Source: Paenibacillaceae bacterium (GTDB lineage: Bacteria; Bacillota; Bacilli; Paenibacillales; UBA4045). From it: 64,000 bases of DNA. Positions 1 to 8,827 of the stretch are shown here, piece by piece. The DNA is taken from positions 4,556 to 68,555 of the forward strand of contig JBBDIY010000069.1 in NCBI GenBank assembly GCA_040880185.1, written 5' to 3'. How positions within the stretch are numbered: the stretch's first letter is position 1; the number at the start of each line of letters is the position of its first letter. The position numbers and the translations under genes were made by a program. A model generated the notes under the pieces. That model was not told the origin of the DNA, made no database searches, and worked only from the letters and a program-made list of their open reading frames with translations.

Positions 1-474
1 TTCGTTGGTTTATGGTTTGTCTTAATGCCCTTCTCCTGGCAAGTAACTTCTCATTTGACGATACACTTCAGTGTGGTTCTTGTTATTGCCTTGATGATTA
101 TTGTTAGTCGATCAACAAACGCAGGAAAGCAATTCATGTTACTATTCCTAGTTAGTATACTTATTTCCAGCTGGCATGGGTATATGGTCTATGCTCAGCG
201 ATGGAGCCCCGCTTATCTGATTCATCCAGTCATAGATATAGCTATTGGGGATGCCCTGTTGACTTGGGGATATATCAAGAATCCGTTGCATCAAATGACT
301 GCGGTATCTTGGGGAATTATGGTAGGTCTACTGTTTGAACAGCTTTGGAGTGATCCAACTCATATTCGAATTGGACAACCAAATGCTTGGGATCAGGTGT
401 TCATCGCCATATTATTGACACGAGTTGTATCTTTATTAGCACAATGGTCATGGAATAAGCTATATTCTAGATAG
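1..474 (+). CDS. polytopic membrane protein, probably continuing upstream of the window (YphA-like position)
   Basis: The frame is open from nt 1 and there is no SD before the ATG at 25. Several hydrophobic segments are present. It lies directly upstream of der, as yphA does in B. subtilis. Confidence 0.5.
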   Translation, partial: FVGLWFVLMPFSWQVTSHLTIHFSVVLVIALMIIVSRSTNAGKQFMLLFLVSILISSWHGYMVYAQRWSPAYLIHPVIDIAIGDALLTWGYIKNPLHQMTAVSWGIMVGLLFEQLWSDPTHIRIGQPNAWDQVFIAILLTRVVSLLAQWSWNKLYSR

Positions 475-500
475 CGAATGAATTTATGGAGGTATAAGAT

Positions 501-1823
501 ATGGCTCGACCTGTAATAGCAATCGTAGGCCGTGCAAATGTTGGGAAATCAACGATATTCAACCGAATTATTGGCGATAATCTGGCTATTGTAGAAGATA
601 AGCCCGGCATCACTCGTGATCGTTTATATGGTCGTAGTGAATGGAATGGTATTCCCTTCAACATTATTGATACGGGTGGTATAGAAGTATTCGAATCTGA
701 TGAGCTACTTAAATCGGTTCGCGTACAAGCGGAATTAGCCATTGAAGAAGCAGATGTCATTATCTTTATTACAGATGCTAAAGTTGGTGTGACTGCCGAC
801 GATGATGAGGTAGCAAAGCTACTATATCGTTCGAAGAAACCGATCATACTAGCGGTGAATAAAGTCGATAACATTCAGATGCATAATGAAATTTATGAGT
901 TCTACCAATTGGGGTTCGGCGAACCTATTGCCGTCTCTGGTGCACATGGTACCGGTGTAGGTGATTTACTCGATGCAGCGGTTCTGAAGTTTCCTGAGAG
1001 TACTGATGATGAGTATGGAGAAGATGTGATTAAGGTCGCCCTAATCGGTAGACCGAATGTCGGTAAGTCGTCCCTTGTCAATGCGTTGCTCGGGGAAGAA
1101 CGAGTCATTGTAAGCAATGTAGCTGGCACAACACGAGATGCGATTGATACTCCTTTTGAATGGGAAGGTCAGAAGTATGTGCTTATTGATACCGCGGGAA
1201 TGCGTAAGCGAGGCAAGGTATATGAGAATACGGAAAAATATAGTGTCATGCGGGCACTCAAAGCGATTGAACGTGCGGATGTCGTCTTAGTCGTTATTAA
1301 TGGAGAAGAAGGTATTATCGAGCAGGACAAGCATATTGCCGGTTATTCTCATGAAGCAGGTAAAGCCGCAATCTTCGTTGTGAACAAATGGGACGTTGTG
1401 GAGAAGGATGAGAAGACACTGCAGAAGTTCACGCAGACTGTGCGGGATCATTTCTTATTCATGACCTATGCACCGCTTGTATTCGTCTCAGCTCTTACCA
1501 AACAAAGAATTCATAAGATTCTTCCTGTAGTGAATCAAGTTTCAGAGCAGCATAACATGCGTATTGCAACACATATTCTTAACGAAGTATTAATGGATGC
1601 AGTTGCCATTAATCTACCTCCAACAGATAAAGGTAAACGCATGAAGCTTAATTATGCAACTCAGGTTGCGGTGAAGCCACCAACCTTTGTCTTATTCGTG
1701 AATGATCCCGAGCTTATGCATTTCTCATATGAGCGCTATCTAGAGAACAAGATTCGTGCTGCCTTTACCTTTGAAGGTACACCTATTCGATTCGTAGTTC
1801 GGAAGAAATCTGCAGAGGAGTAG
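501..1823 (+). CDS. der: ribosome-associated GTPase Der/EngA
   Basis: Two tandem GTPase domains with P-loops GRANVGKST and [10 protein letters not shown]3 motifs DTGG/DTAG and G4 motifs NKVD/NKWD. SD GGAGG lies upstream of the ATG. Confidence 0.95.
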   Translation: MARPVIAIVGRANVGKSTIFNRIIGDNLAIVEDKPGITRDRLYGRSEWNGIPFNIIDTGGIEVFESDELLKSVRVQAELAIEEADVIIFITDAKVGVTADDDEVAKLLYRSKKPIILAVNKVDNIQMHNEIYEFYQLGFGEPIAVSGAHGTGVGDLLDAAVLKFPESTDDEYGEDVIKVALIGRPNVGKSSLVNALLGEERVIVSNVAGTTRDAIDTPFEWEGQKYVLIDTAGMRKRGKVYENTEKYSVMRALKAIERADVVLVVINGEEGIIEQDKHIAGYSHEAGKAAIFVVNKWDVVEKDEKTLQKFTQTVRDHFLFMTYAPLVFVSALTKQRIHKILPVVNQVSEQHNMRIATHILNEVLMDAVAINLPPTDKGKRMKLNYATQVAVKPPTFVLFVNDPELMHFSYERYLENKIRAAFTFEGTPIRFVVRKKSAEE

Positions 1824-1828
1824 ATTCC

Positions 1829-2434
1829 ATGACATCGATTGTGGTTATAATCGCAAGCTATTTGATGGGTTCACTAATGTTTAGTGTCATAATGGGGAAA
1901 CTCGTCGCAGGTATTGATATTCGAAACCACGGTAGCGGTAATGCGGGTGCGACGAACACACTCCGAATCATGGGTAAGGGACCAGCAATCATTGTGTTCC
2001 TACTGGATATTGGTAAGGGTGTCCTAGCCGTCTGGTTAGCGAAGTGGATCGTGCCTGATCATTATGGAGTCGCAGTTCTTTGTGGAATCGCAGTTATTCT
2101 AGGTCATAATTGGCCGATCTGGTTTAACTTTCGTGGAGGTAAGGGAATTGCTACAACGATAGGTATGTTACTAACTCTAGCATTCCTTCCCACACTTTTC
2201 GCAGGAATTATAGCCATTATCACGATTGTTATAACGAGATATGTATCGCTAGGCTCGCTGTTACTAACGGCATGCCTTCCCGTATTCATCTATGGGATGG
2301 ATTATCCAACAGAGTTACTCTGGGGAAGCCTTGCTATTCTCGTATTTGCATGGGTCAAGCACCGGAAGAACATTGTGAAGCTTGTAAAGGGAACAGAGAA
2401 TAGGATTGGATCGCGAAGCAATCGCACACTTTAA
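1829..2434 (+). CDS. plsY: glycerol-3-phosphate acyltransferase PlsY
   Basis: GSGNAGATN motif in a multi-TM protein of about 200 aa. Conserved der-plsY-gpsA order. Confidence 0.9.
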   Translation: MTSIVVIIASYLMGSLMFSVIMGKLVAGIDIRNHGSGNAGATNTLRIMGKGPAIIVFLLDIGKGVLAVWLAKWIVPDHYGVAVLCGIAVILGHNWPIWFNFRGGKGIATTIGMLLTLAFLPTLFAGIIAIITIVITRYVSLGSLLLTACLPVFIYGMDYPTELLWGSLAILVFAWVKHRKNIVKLVKGTENRIGSRSNRTL

Positions 2435-2468
2435 TTTCCAGAAGTCACGACAGTTTAATTTCCAGAAG
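2430..2468 (+). repeat. 1.6 copies of a 23/24-nt unit (AGTCACGACAGTTTAATTTCCAG) running into the gpsA SD
   Basis: TTTAATTTCCAGAAG occurs at 2430-2444 and 2454-2468. The full 23-mer is at 2443-2465, and the same 23-mer is repeated at 30206-30250. Confidence 0.9.
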
Positions 2469-2479
2469 GAGGAATTCAC

Positions 2480-3508
2480 TTGGTCAGGAAGAAAGTTTCT
2501 GTATTCGTCGCTGGTAGCTGGGGAACTGCTCTTGCTTGTGTCTTGGCTGCTAACGGTCACGATGTTACGATTTGGTCACGAAATGCCGAACAAGTGAATG
2601 AAATCAACGAGCAGCATCGAAATCATAAATTTCTGAAAAACCATCCACTACATACTAATGTTAAAGCCACTACCTCTATGGAGGTAGCGGCTTTTCAAGC
2701 TGATGCGGTCCTCCTCGCAGCTCCTACCTCGGCAATGAGGCAGGTTGCTCACCAACTACAGCCCTACCTGACTGCGGATACGTTGGTTATCCATGCTGCC
2801 AAAGGGTTCGAGACGGGCTCCTTATTACCGATGTCTAAGGTTATTGCCGAAGAGCTACCTCAGATTGATGCTGAGCGAATCGTCGTCCTATCGGGGCCTT
2901 CACATGCTGAAGAAGTTATTGTACAGTGTCCAACTACTATAGTTGTTGCTGCAGCTTCGATTGAGGCCGCTCAGTTGGCACAGGATCTGCTCATTAATAA
3001 TGATTTCAGAGTGTACACGAATGTGGATATTCAGGGTGTCGAGCTCGCGGGTGCGCTCAAGAACATTATAGCTATTGGTTCAGGAATGGTTGATGGTTTA
3101 AGCTTTGGAGATAATGCCAAAGCTGCCTTGATCACAAGAGGATTGGCAGAGATTACTCGACTAGGTGTGACTATGGGGGCGAATCCACTAACATTCTCTG
3201 GACTTGCCGGGGTCGGAGATTTAATCGTCACCTGCACGAGTCAACATAGTCGTAATTGGCGTGCTGGTTATCAGATTGCCCAAGGAAAAGCGGTCAAAGA
3301 GGTACTAGATGAGATGGGTATGGTCGTTGAAGGTGTTAAAACTACCAATGCGGCAATGGCATTATCTCGTCAATATGATGTCGCTATGCCGATTACGGAG
3401 CAGCTCTACCTTGTATTGTTCGAGGGGAAAGATCCGAAGCTTGCTGTCGAGGACCTGATGGGTAGAGGTCGAACACAAGAGGATATTATTGCACCGTTAG
3501 AAAAATAG
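2480..3508 (+). CDS. gpsA: NAD(P)H-dependent glycerol-3-phosphate dehydrogenase
   Basis: N-terminal Rossmann motif VAGSWGTA with full-length similarity to GpsA. TTG start lies 7 nt after AAGGAGG (2466-2472). Confidence 0.9.
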   Translation: MVRKKVSVFVAGSWGTALACVLAANGHDVTIWSRNAEQVNEINEQHRNHKFLKNHPLHTNVKATTSMEVAAFQADAVLLAAPTSAMRQVAHQLQPYLTADTLVIHAAKGFETGSLLPMSKVIAEELPQIDAERIVVLSGPSHAEEVIVQCPTTIVVAAASIEAAQLAQDLLINNDFRVYTNVDIQGVELAGALKNIIAIGSGMVDGLSFGDNAKAALITRGLAEITRLGVTMGANPLTFSGLAGVGDLIVTCTSQHSRNWRAGYQIAQGKAVKEVLDEMGMVVEGVKTTNAAMALSRQYDVAMPITEQLYLVLFEGKDPKLAVEDLMGRGRTQEDIIAPLEK

Positions 3509-3522
3509 ATAGGATAGCCTAC

Positions 3523-3550
3523 ACCGTAGTCCACCATTCCTCATAATATA
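3523..3550 (+). promoter_or_regulatory. possible SigK-type promoter (AC-N17-CATAATATA)
   Basis: AC at 3523-3524 and CATAATATA at 3542-3550 match the mother-cell SigK consensus AC-N16/17-CATANNNTA, upstream of a SpoVIF-like gene. Confidence 0.3.
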
Positions 3551-3577
3551 CAATAAATGTGTATGAGGAGGTCGGCG

Positions 3578-3859
3578 ATGGGTTCGAAGGATATATCCAA
3601 AGATGTATTAAACGCCGTCAAAAAAAAGACAGGTAAGAATATTACGGATAAAGATATTAAGCATGTTGCAAGCGGTGTAGGACCCTCTACGTTAAAGAGT
3701 GAACAACAGCTTAGACAGCTGATCAAACAGGTTTCTAAGATGGCAAATGTACCTGTTGCAGAGTCTACGGTGCAGGAGTTAGTGGGGGCTATCAAGAAAA
3801 GTGGTATAAACCCGAATAACATGGAGCAAATGATAAAAACCGTTTTAGGTAAAAAATGA
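3578..3859 (+). CDS. stage VI sporulation protein F-like small protein
   Basis: Resembles SpoVIF (lysine-rich N-terminus, VRQLIKQVSxxANxPV core). SD GAGGAGG lies 5-6 nt before the ATG at 3578. The track ORF starts earlier, at 3557. Confidence 0.6.
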   Translation: MGSKDISKDVLNAVKKKTGKNITDKDIKHVASGVGPSTLKSEQQLRQLIKQVSKMANVPVAESTVQELVGAIKKSGINPNNMEQMIKTVLGKK

Positions 3860-3885
3860 GGCGCCGTCTAGCGCTTTATTTTTTT
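3859..3885 (+). terminator. intrinsic terminator
   Basis: Stem 3859-3864 pairs with 3871-3876 (6 bp including one G-U), with a 6-nt loop and a T-rich tail to 3885. Confidence 0.6.
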
Positions 3886-3942
3886 GTGAACAAGGTATGT
3901 GCTATAATGAGGGCTGAATTGAATGGATGGGAGAACATAACG

Positions 3943-4122
3943 ATGAGTAGTATGGATAAGATGTGGGCATCTTTAATCGCCATTGCTTTAATGCTAGTTG
4001 CTTCTGTTTTAATTACCTTTGCTCGTTCTAAAACTAAAGGAATCATACGTGTAGTCTTAACGATTGTCGCATTCCTTCTATTAATTCTTATCGTCTTTCT
4101 TATGTTGTTGTCTATGTTCTAA
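3943..4122 (+). CDS. small two-TM membrane protein (YphE/DUF2768-like)
   Basis: 59 aa and almost entirely hydrophobic. The start is chosen downstream of the terminator at 3859-3885; the track start at 3856 would span that terminator. Confidence 0.5.
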   Translation: MSSMDKMWASLIAIALMLVASVLITFARSKTKGIIRVVLTIVAFLLLILIVFLMLLSMF

Positions 4123-4141
4123 TGTCGGGAGGGTCAAGCTT

Positions 4142-4435
4142 TTGTTAGATCTGAAGGGAAGAAAGCTACACAAACAGGTGGAATCGATTATTGGACAATC
4201 TATCCTTGATATAGCGTTGAAGAATGATGTGGATTGGGATTTCTCGTGTACACATGGAACATGTGCGCGGTGTCGTTGTCTCGTCGAGGCTGGTAAAGAG
4301 CATCTAGCAGAAGTGACCGATGAAGAATGGGACCGCTTGGATGATGAAGAACTAGAACAAGGCTATCGACTCGGTTGCCAGGCCATTGTTCGTACGGATG
4401 GGTTGATTGTGGCGATTAATAAGCCTTATTTCTAA
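4142..4435 (+). CDS. plant-type [2Fe-2S] ferredoxin-like protein
   Basis: C-x4-C-x2-C (CTHGTCARC) plus a distal Cys in RLGCQA. TTG start lies 8 nt after GGGAGGG. Confidence 0.7.
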   Translation: MLDLKGRKLHKQVESIIGQSILDIALKNDVDWDFSCTHGTCARCRCLVEAGKEHLAEVTDEEWDRLDDEELEQGYRLGCQAIVRTDGLIVAINKPYF

Positions 4436-4463
4436 CCAAATAATCATAGGAGAGGATTCATAG

Positions 4464-4808
4464 ATGCAATTGGAGGTTATATTCTTACCTGATAACAAGC
4501 GTGTTAAGGTCAGACCTGGAACAACCTTACTAACCGCTAGTAGATCAGCCAAGGTAACCATTCGTACACGTTGTGGTGGGATGGCCGCTTGTCTGATGTG
4601 CAAGGTTATCGTCCCAGAACAAAGTGGTTTGGAGCCTCCCAATCAGAATGAGCGGTTAAAGTTAGGCTCACTTGTGGATGAGCATTACCGTTTGTCCTGT
4701 CAGGCGAAGGTACGTGGTAATGTAACTGCGAGGATACCCGAGGATCCGCTCAAGGCTGCTATTCGACGACAGCTCGCACTTCAAGCGGAAGAAGATGAAT
4801 TATTCTAA
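4464..4808 (+). CDS. second [2Fe-2S] ferredoxin-like protein
   Basis: C-x5-C-x2-C (CGGMAACLMC) plus RLSCQA. SD AGGAGAGGA precedes the ATG. Confidence 0.7.
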   Translation: MQLEVIFLPDNKRVKVRPGTTLLTASRSAKVTIRTRCGGMAACLMCKVIVPEQSGLEPPNQNERLKLGSLVDEHYRLSCQAKVRGNVTARIPEDPLKAAIRRQLALQAEEDELF

Positions 4809-4832
4809 TGGACAAAGGTGGATCAAGCTCTC

Positions 4833-5546
4833 ATGAAGCGATGGCTAACAGCAAGCATACTCATATTGATGGTGTTCATGTTAGCAGGTTGTTTGTATCC
4901 AAACGACCGACTTCAACAGAACCAAATCTCTACAGGAGAATATCTGATTGTAGTTCAGAATGCCGTAGAAACGTATAAGCAACGGACCGGCGTATTGCCA
5001 ATTAAGAACAGTACGGAACAGACGCCGATCTATGAGAAATATCTAATTGATTTCAAGAAGCTAATCGATTACAACGTCATTAGTCACATTCCTGCTGATG
5101 CTTATGAGGCGGGTGGAATGAATTATTATGTCGTTGTTGATCCCGAAGGTGAGATGAAGGTTAAGCTCATGGATTTGATTATCGCAGGGAAGATTTCCGA
5201 ACTTCAACGGCTGACTGAGTCCTATGTGGCTGCTGGGAATGCACTTCCGTTGGGACAATCAGTGAAGCCGAACTTCTATCAGCTTGACTTCGAAAGTTTG
5301 GGTATCAAGAGTGAGCAGGTGAGAAGCGTTTACTCCGACATGTACTTGCCGATTCTTATTCATCAATCAGGTCATATTGCAGTGGATTATGCCCCAGAGG
5401 TGATGAGAGCAATCACGATGAAGGACATCACAGAGCCTGATCCGAAGACAGATTTGCGAACGTATCTGGTAGAGCAATCCAATTATATACCGGTGGATTC
5501 TTATCCCTATTATTGGAAGGATAATGAGCCTGTCATATCGGAATAA
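4833..5546 (+). CDS. lipoprotein, YphF-like
   Basis: Signal peptide with lipobox LAGC. Same position as yphF, upstream of spoIVA. An alternative GTG start exists at 4818. Confidence 0.6.
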   Translation: MKRWLTASILILMVFMLAGCLYPNDRLQQNQISTGEYLIVVQNAVETYKQRTGVLPIKNSTEQTPIYEKYLIDFKKLIDYNVISHIPADAYEAGGMNYYVVVDPEGEMKVKLMDLIIAGKISELQRLTESYVAAGNALPLGQSVKPNFYQLDFESLGIKSEQVRSVYSDMYLPILIHQSGHIAVDYAPEVMRAITMKDITEPDPKTDLRTYLVEQSNYIPVDSYPYYWKDNEPVISE

Positions 5547-5550
5547 TCAA

Positions 5551-5581
5551 AGAAGTGTCCGTACTTGGGACGCTTCTTTTT
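5551..5581 (+). terminator. intrinsic terminator
   Basis: AGAAGTGTCC (5551-5560) pairs with GGACGCTTCT (5568-5577): 10 bp with one G-U, followed by TTTT. Confidence 0.75.
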
Positions 5582-5773
5582 ATATTATTTTGGAAAGTGA
5601 ATAGGATGAGTATACCCTTCATATAACTGAATGGATGAGGAACATAACAGGATGGAGGGAACACTCTCTTGGCTTGATAAATAATAGGCATAATCGCTAA
5701 TGCAGTACATATATTGTTACAAGTCCTTATGGTTGTACGAGTTACTTCATGATCAGGATAGGAGGCAATCTCA

Positions 5774-7252
5774 TTGGAGAAAATTGATATTTTTAGGGAT
5801 ATCGCAGAACGAACGGGTGGAGATATTTATCTCGGCGTAGTCGGTGCGGTACGAACAGGGAAATCCACATTCATCAAAAGGTTCATGGAATCGGTTGTGC
5901 TGCCGAATATCCATAACGAGTCAGATCGTATGAGAGCGGTTGACGAATTACCACAGAGCGCTGCAGGTAAGACCATCATGACCACTGAACCCAAGTTCGT
6001 ACCTAATCAAGCTGTGCAAATTCATGTTGCAGAAGGCTTGGATGTGAATGTAAGGCTAGTGGATTGTGTGGGGTACGCGGTAGAAGGTGCCAAAGGCTAT
6101 GAAGATGAGAATGGACCAAGAATGGTTTCGACACCTTGGTTTGAGGAGCCCATTCCATTCCAAGAAGCCGCTGAGATTGGAACCCGTAAAGTCGTTCAGG
6201 AGCACTCGACTCTAGGTGTTGTTGTAACTACAGATGGGAGTATAGCTGAGATTCCGAGATCGTCTTATATTCAAGCAGAAGAACGGGTTATTGAAGAGCT
6301 TAGAGAAGTTGGCAAGCCATTCATCATGATATTAAACTCTACTACACCTGGTAGTGAAGCAACACTTAAGCTTCGTAACGAATTAGCTGAGAAGTATGAT
6401 ATCCCTGTTATTCCACTTAGTGTCGCGAGCATGGGTGAGACAGAAGTGATGTCGGTGTTAAGAGAAGTACTCTATGAATTCCCTGTTCACGAAGTCAATG
6501 TAAATCTACCTAGCTGGGTTATGGTACTGAACGATCGACATTGGTTAAGAAGTCATTATGAAGATTCTGTCCGCGATACGGTCAAGGATATTCGCAGGTT
6601 ACGAGATATCGACCGCGTTGTTGAGCAATTCACGGAATATGATTTTATCGAGCGAGCTGGTTTATCTGCGATGAGTATGGGGCAGGGTGTTGCCGAAATT
6701 GATTTATATGCTCCTGATGAACTATACGACAAAATATTGATGGAAGTCGTCGGTGTAGAGATAAGAGGTAAAGATCATCTACTGCAGCTTATGCAAGATT
6801 TTTCATATGCCAAGCGCGAATATGACCGATTCTCTAGTGCGTTAGAGATGGTAAAATCAACAGGTTATGGTATTGCATCTCCATCCATCGAAGAGATGAA
6901 GCTCGAGGAACCGGAATTAATCCGTCATGGATCTCGTTTCGGAGTGAGACTAAAGGCAACTGCACCTTCCATTCATATGATTCGTGTGGATGTGGAATCT
7001 GAATTCGCACCGATTATTGGGACGGAGAAGCAGAGTGAAGAGCTTGTTCGCTATTTGATTCAAGACTTCGAAGATAATCCGAAGAAAATTTGGGAATCTG
7101 ATATCTTCGGTCGCTCACTTCATAGTATTGTCCGTGAAGGAATCCAAGGGAAAATCTCAATGATGCCGGATAACGCTAGATACAAGCTGCAGGAAACGCT
7201 CGGTCGAATTATTAACGAAGGCTCAGGTGGGCTGATTGCAATCATACTCTAA
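5774..7252 (+). CDS. spoIVA: stage IV sporulation protein A (spore coat morphogenetic ATPase)
   Basis: Near-colinear with B. subtilis SpoIVA: MEKxDIFxDIAERTGGDIYLGVVGAVRTGKSTFIK at the start and RIINEGSGGLIAIIL at the C-terminus. TTG start. Confidence 0.95.
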   Translation: MEKIDIFRDIAERTGGDIYLGVVGAVRTGKSTFIKRFMESVVLPNIHNESDRMRAVDELPQSAAGKTIMTTEPKFVPNQAVQIHVAEGLDVNVRLVDCVGYAVEGAKGYEDENGPRMVSTPWFEEPIPFQEAAEIGTRKVVQEHSTLGVVVTTDGSIAEIPRSSYIQAEERVIEELREVGKPFIMILNSTTPGSEATLKLRNELAEKYDIPVIPLSVASMGETEVMSVLREVLYEFPVHEVNVNLPSWVMVLNDRHWLRSHYEDSVRDTVKDIRRLRDIDRVVEQFTEYDFIERAGLSAMSMGQGVAEIDLYAPDELYDKILMEVVGVEIRGKDHLLQLMQDFSYAKREYDRFSSALEMVKSTGYGIASPSIEEMKLEEPELIRHGSRFGVRLKATAPSIHMIRVDVESEFAPIIGTEKQSEELVRYLIQDFEDNPKKIWESDIFGRSLHSIVREGIQGKISMMPDNARYKLQETLGRIINEGSGGLIAIIL

Positions 7253-7266
7253 CTAGGAATAATGGG

Positions 7267-7295
7267 GCACTCTGATTAGGGTGCTTTTGTTTTTA
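7267..7295 (+). terminator. probable intrinsic terminator
   Basis: A 7-bp stem (7267-7273 with 7280-7286, two G-U pairs) followed by TTTTGTTTTT. Confidence 0.55.
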
Positions 7296-7374
7296 TGCTG
7301 AATATGTATATTTTCTCGCAAAAGAGTGAACAAAGGATGATAAGTACCTATGGTGATGGGGGGAGGTGAATTGC

Positions 7375-7647
7375 ATGAATAAAGCAGATTTAGTATCCAA
7401 GGTAGCGGAATCTACCGAATTATCCAAGAAGGATGTAAGTAAAGCAGTTGAAGCGGTATTCGGATCTATAGCAGAGGCTCTACATCTAGGAGAGAAGGTT
7501 CAACTTGTTGGCTTCGGCAATTTCGAAGTGAGGGAACGTTCAGCTCGTAAAGGTAGAAATCCACAAACGGGCGAGGAAATAGATATTCCAGCGAGTAAGG
7601 TCCCAGCATTCAAGCCTGGTAAGGCGTTGAAAGAAGGGATTCAATAA
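7375..7647 (+). CDS. hbs: DNA-binding protein HU
   Basis: MNKADLV start, the [24 protein letters not shown] arm and a length of 90 aa. SD GGGGGAGG. The track ORF begins 9 nt earlier at a GTG. Confidence 0.95.
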   Translation: MNKADLVSKVAESTELSKKDVSKAVEAVFGSIAEALHLGEKVQLVGFGNFEVRERSARKGRNPQTGEEIDIPASKVPAFKPGKALKEGIQ

Positions 7648-7697
7648 CCGGACTAATCCTTACTTAGTCCATTCTATATGCGAATTAGATAGGGAAG

Positions 7698-7737
7698 CCA
7701 CTTTCTAGTTGTGTACTTACACGAGAAAGTGGTTTTT
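7698..7737 (+). terminator. intrinsic terminator
   Basis: CCACTTTCT (7698-7706) pairs with AGAAAGTGG (7724-7732), with an inner GTGTA/TACAC helix, followed by TTTTT. Confidence 0.85.
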
Positions 7738-7764
7738 GATGTGTGAATAGGTTCGTGCTATAAT
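7736..7764 (+). promoter_or_regulatory. SigA-type promoter for mtrB (TTGATG-17-TATAAT with TG extension)
   Basis: TTGATG at 7736-7741, a 17-nt spacer ending in TGC, and TATAAT at 7759-7764. Confidence 0.6.
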
Positions 7765-7797
7765 ATATTAAATTTATAAAGATCGGGGACGATTAAT

Positions 7798-8022
7798 ATG
7801 TCAGAAGTTACTCAAGGCGAGTATGTAGTCATAAAAGCCAAGGAAAACGGGGCACATGTCATCGGATTAACTAGAGGTCAGGACACTAAGTTTCATCATA
7901 CTGAAAAGCTCGACAAAGGTGAAGTCATGATCTTTCAATTCACAGATCATACCTCAGCAGTGAAAATCCGCGGTAAAGCGGTTATTTACACGAAGCATGG
8001 TATCGTAGACACGGAAGAATAA
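7798..8022 (+). CDS. mtrB: trp RNA-binding attenuation protein TRAP
   Basis: 74 aa. The core [41 protein letters not shown] is very close to B. subtilis MtrB. Confidence 0.9.
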   Translation: MSEVTQGEYVVIKAKENGAHVIGLTRGQDTKFHHTEKLDKGEVMIFQFTDHTSAVKIRGKAVIYTKHGIVDTEE

Positions 8023-8172
8023 TATAACGGGTTAGAGAGGCAGACCGATAAGTAGATTTCACTTAGGGTTAAGCCTTTTTTAGTGTGAATTCCTTCGCCT
8101 GCTTGGACTTCTCTTGAGCTGGGCTTCATACAATGAAGTATGGAGACAATTCGGTGGGATGGTGAAGTGTTT

Positions 8173-8715
8173 ATGAAGCTATGGGCTCGTTTTTTTGTTG
8201 TTGCAGTTTTGTCCGTATGTTTGGCTTGGTTACTCTCATATTTACCGGAATTACAGTCTAATCTACCTAATGCACAGAACGAGCTGCAGGTGTTTAAGAA
8301 TGATCATGCTGTTACATTGACGGAAGATAACATTGTGGATTGGATAGTAACCATCCCCTTGCATTTAGAATTGAAGAGAGTAGATTGGAGTGATCGGATA
8401 CTATCCGTGGACTTCGAGGCAGGAACACCGCTTGAGTCATCGAAGGTGATTTTTAATCAACTATTAGATTTCGTCTACTATGGTCTTGGTGGAACAACGA
8501 ATGTGGATCGAGTTTGGGTTCGATTAGTGCAGAATTCAGTTGGTGAAACTCAACAACCCAAACGATTATTACTTGCACTCGATGCAAATCGCGCACAAAT
8601 TTCCGAAGAAGACTATGAACGTTGGAAAAGTGATCTGATGAGTGCAGAGGATCTAATAAATAGTCGGTTTCAACTTACAATGACCCCGCAATGGTCAAGG
8701 ATTCATTCTGAGTAG
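8173..8715 (+). CDS. hypothetical N-terminally membrane-anchored protein
   Basis: ORF with one N-terminal TM segment. No motif recognised. The start is uncertain (8140 or 8173). Confidence 0.5.
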   Translation: MKLWARFFVVAVLSVCLAWLLSYLPELQSNLPNAQNELQVFKNDHAVTLTEDNIVDWIVTIPLHLELKRVDWSDRILSVDFEAGTPLESSKVIFNQLLDFVYYGLGGTTNVDRVWVRLVQNSVGETQQPKRLLLALDANRAQISEEDYERWKSDLMSAEDLINSRFQLTMTPQWSRIHSE

Positions 8716-8827
8716 TTTATTAATCTGTAACAACTACATGTTGTCCCAACATGCGTAACGGGCAAGGTTATGTTATAATAATCCTTGCCTAGATTAGACA
8801 GTTTTTAGATACTCGGGGGCTTATACA

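Noticed and set aside
467-874. This and many other 60-140 aa ORFs in the track lie antisense to, or out of frame within, well-supported genes (for example 902-1129, 3031-3237, 17093-17344, 20068-20364, 37072-37368, 52979-53392, 56843-57250, 61337-61684).
   Set aside because: They lie entirely within or across genes with strong motif support and lack an SD. Their compositions (Ser/Pro/Arg-rich or low complexity) are typical of shadow ORFs.
2443-2452. AGTCACGAC within the 23-nt unit matches part of the M13/lacZ universal-primer region, raising the possibility of vector contamination.
   Set aside because: Only 9 nt match, the flanking sequence is unrelated to the vector, and the unit occurs in native-looking gene junctions at two loci.
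2315-2597. Track ORFs 2315-2560 (-) and 2406-2597 (+) covering the plsY-gpsA junction and the 23-nt repeat.
   Set aside because: Both overlap the well-supported plsY and gpsA coding regions and have no SD. The repeat is better explained as a non-coding element.
5600-5770. Four GGATGAGG/GGATGGAGG/GGATAGGAGG purine motifs and tiny ORFs (6 and 17 codons) in the yphF-spoIVA spacer.
   Set aside because: The motifs are irregularly spaced and SD-like by composition. The mini-ORFs lack properly spaced SDs. A SigE-like promoter (GCATAAT-N13-CATATATT at 5688-5715) is possible but too weak to call.
8761-8789. The GGCAAGG...CCTTGCC hairpin after the 8173-8715 gene was considered as a terminator.
   Set aside because: No T-run follows directly. 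The loop contains a TGTTATAAT extended -10 element, so it may instead be promoter DNA for hepS. The call is ambiguous and was not made.
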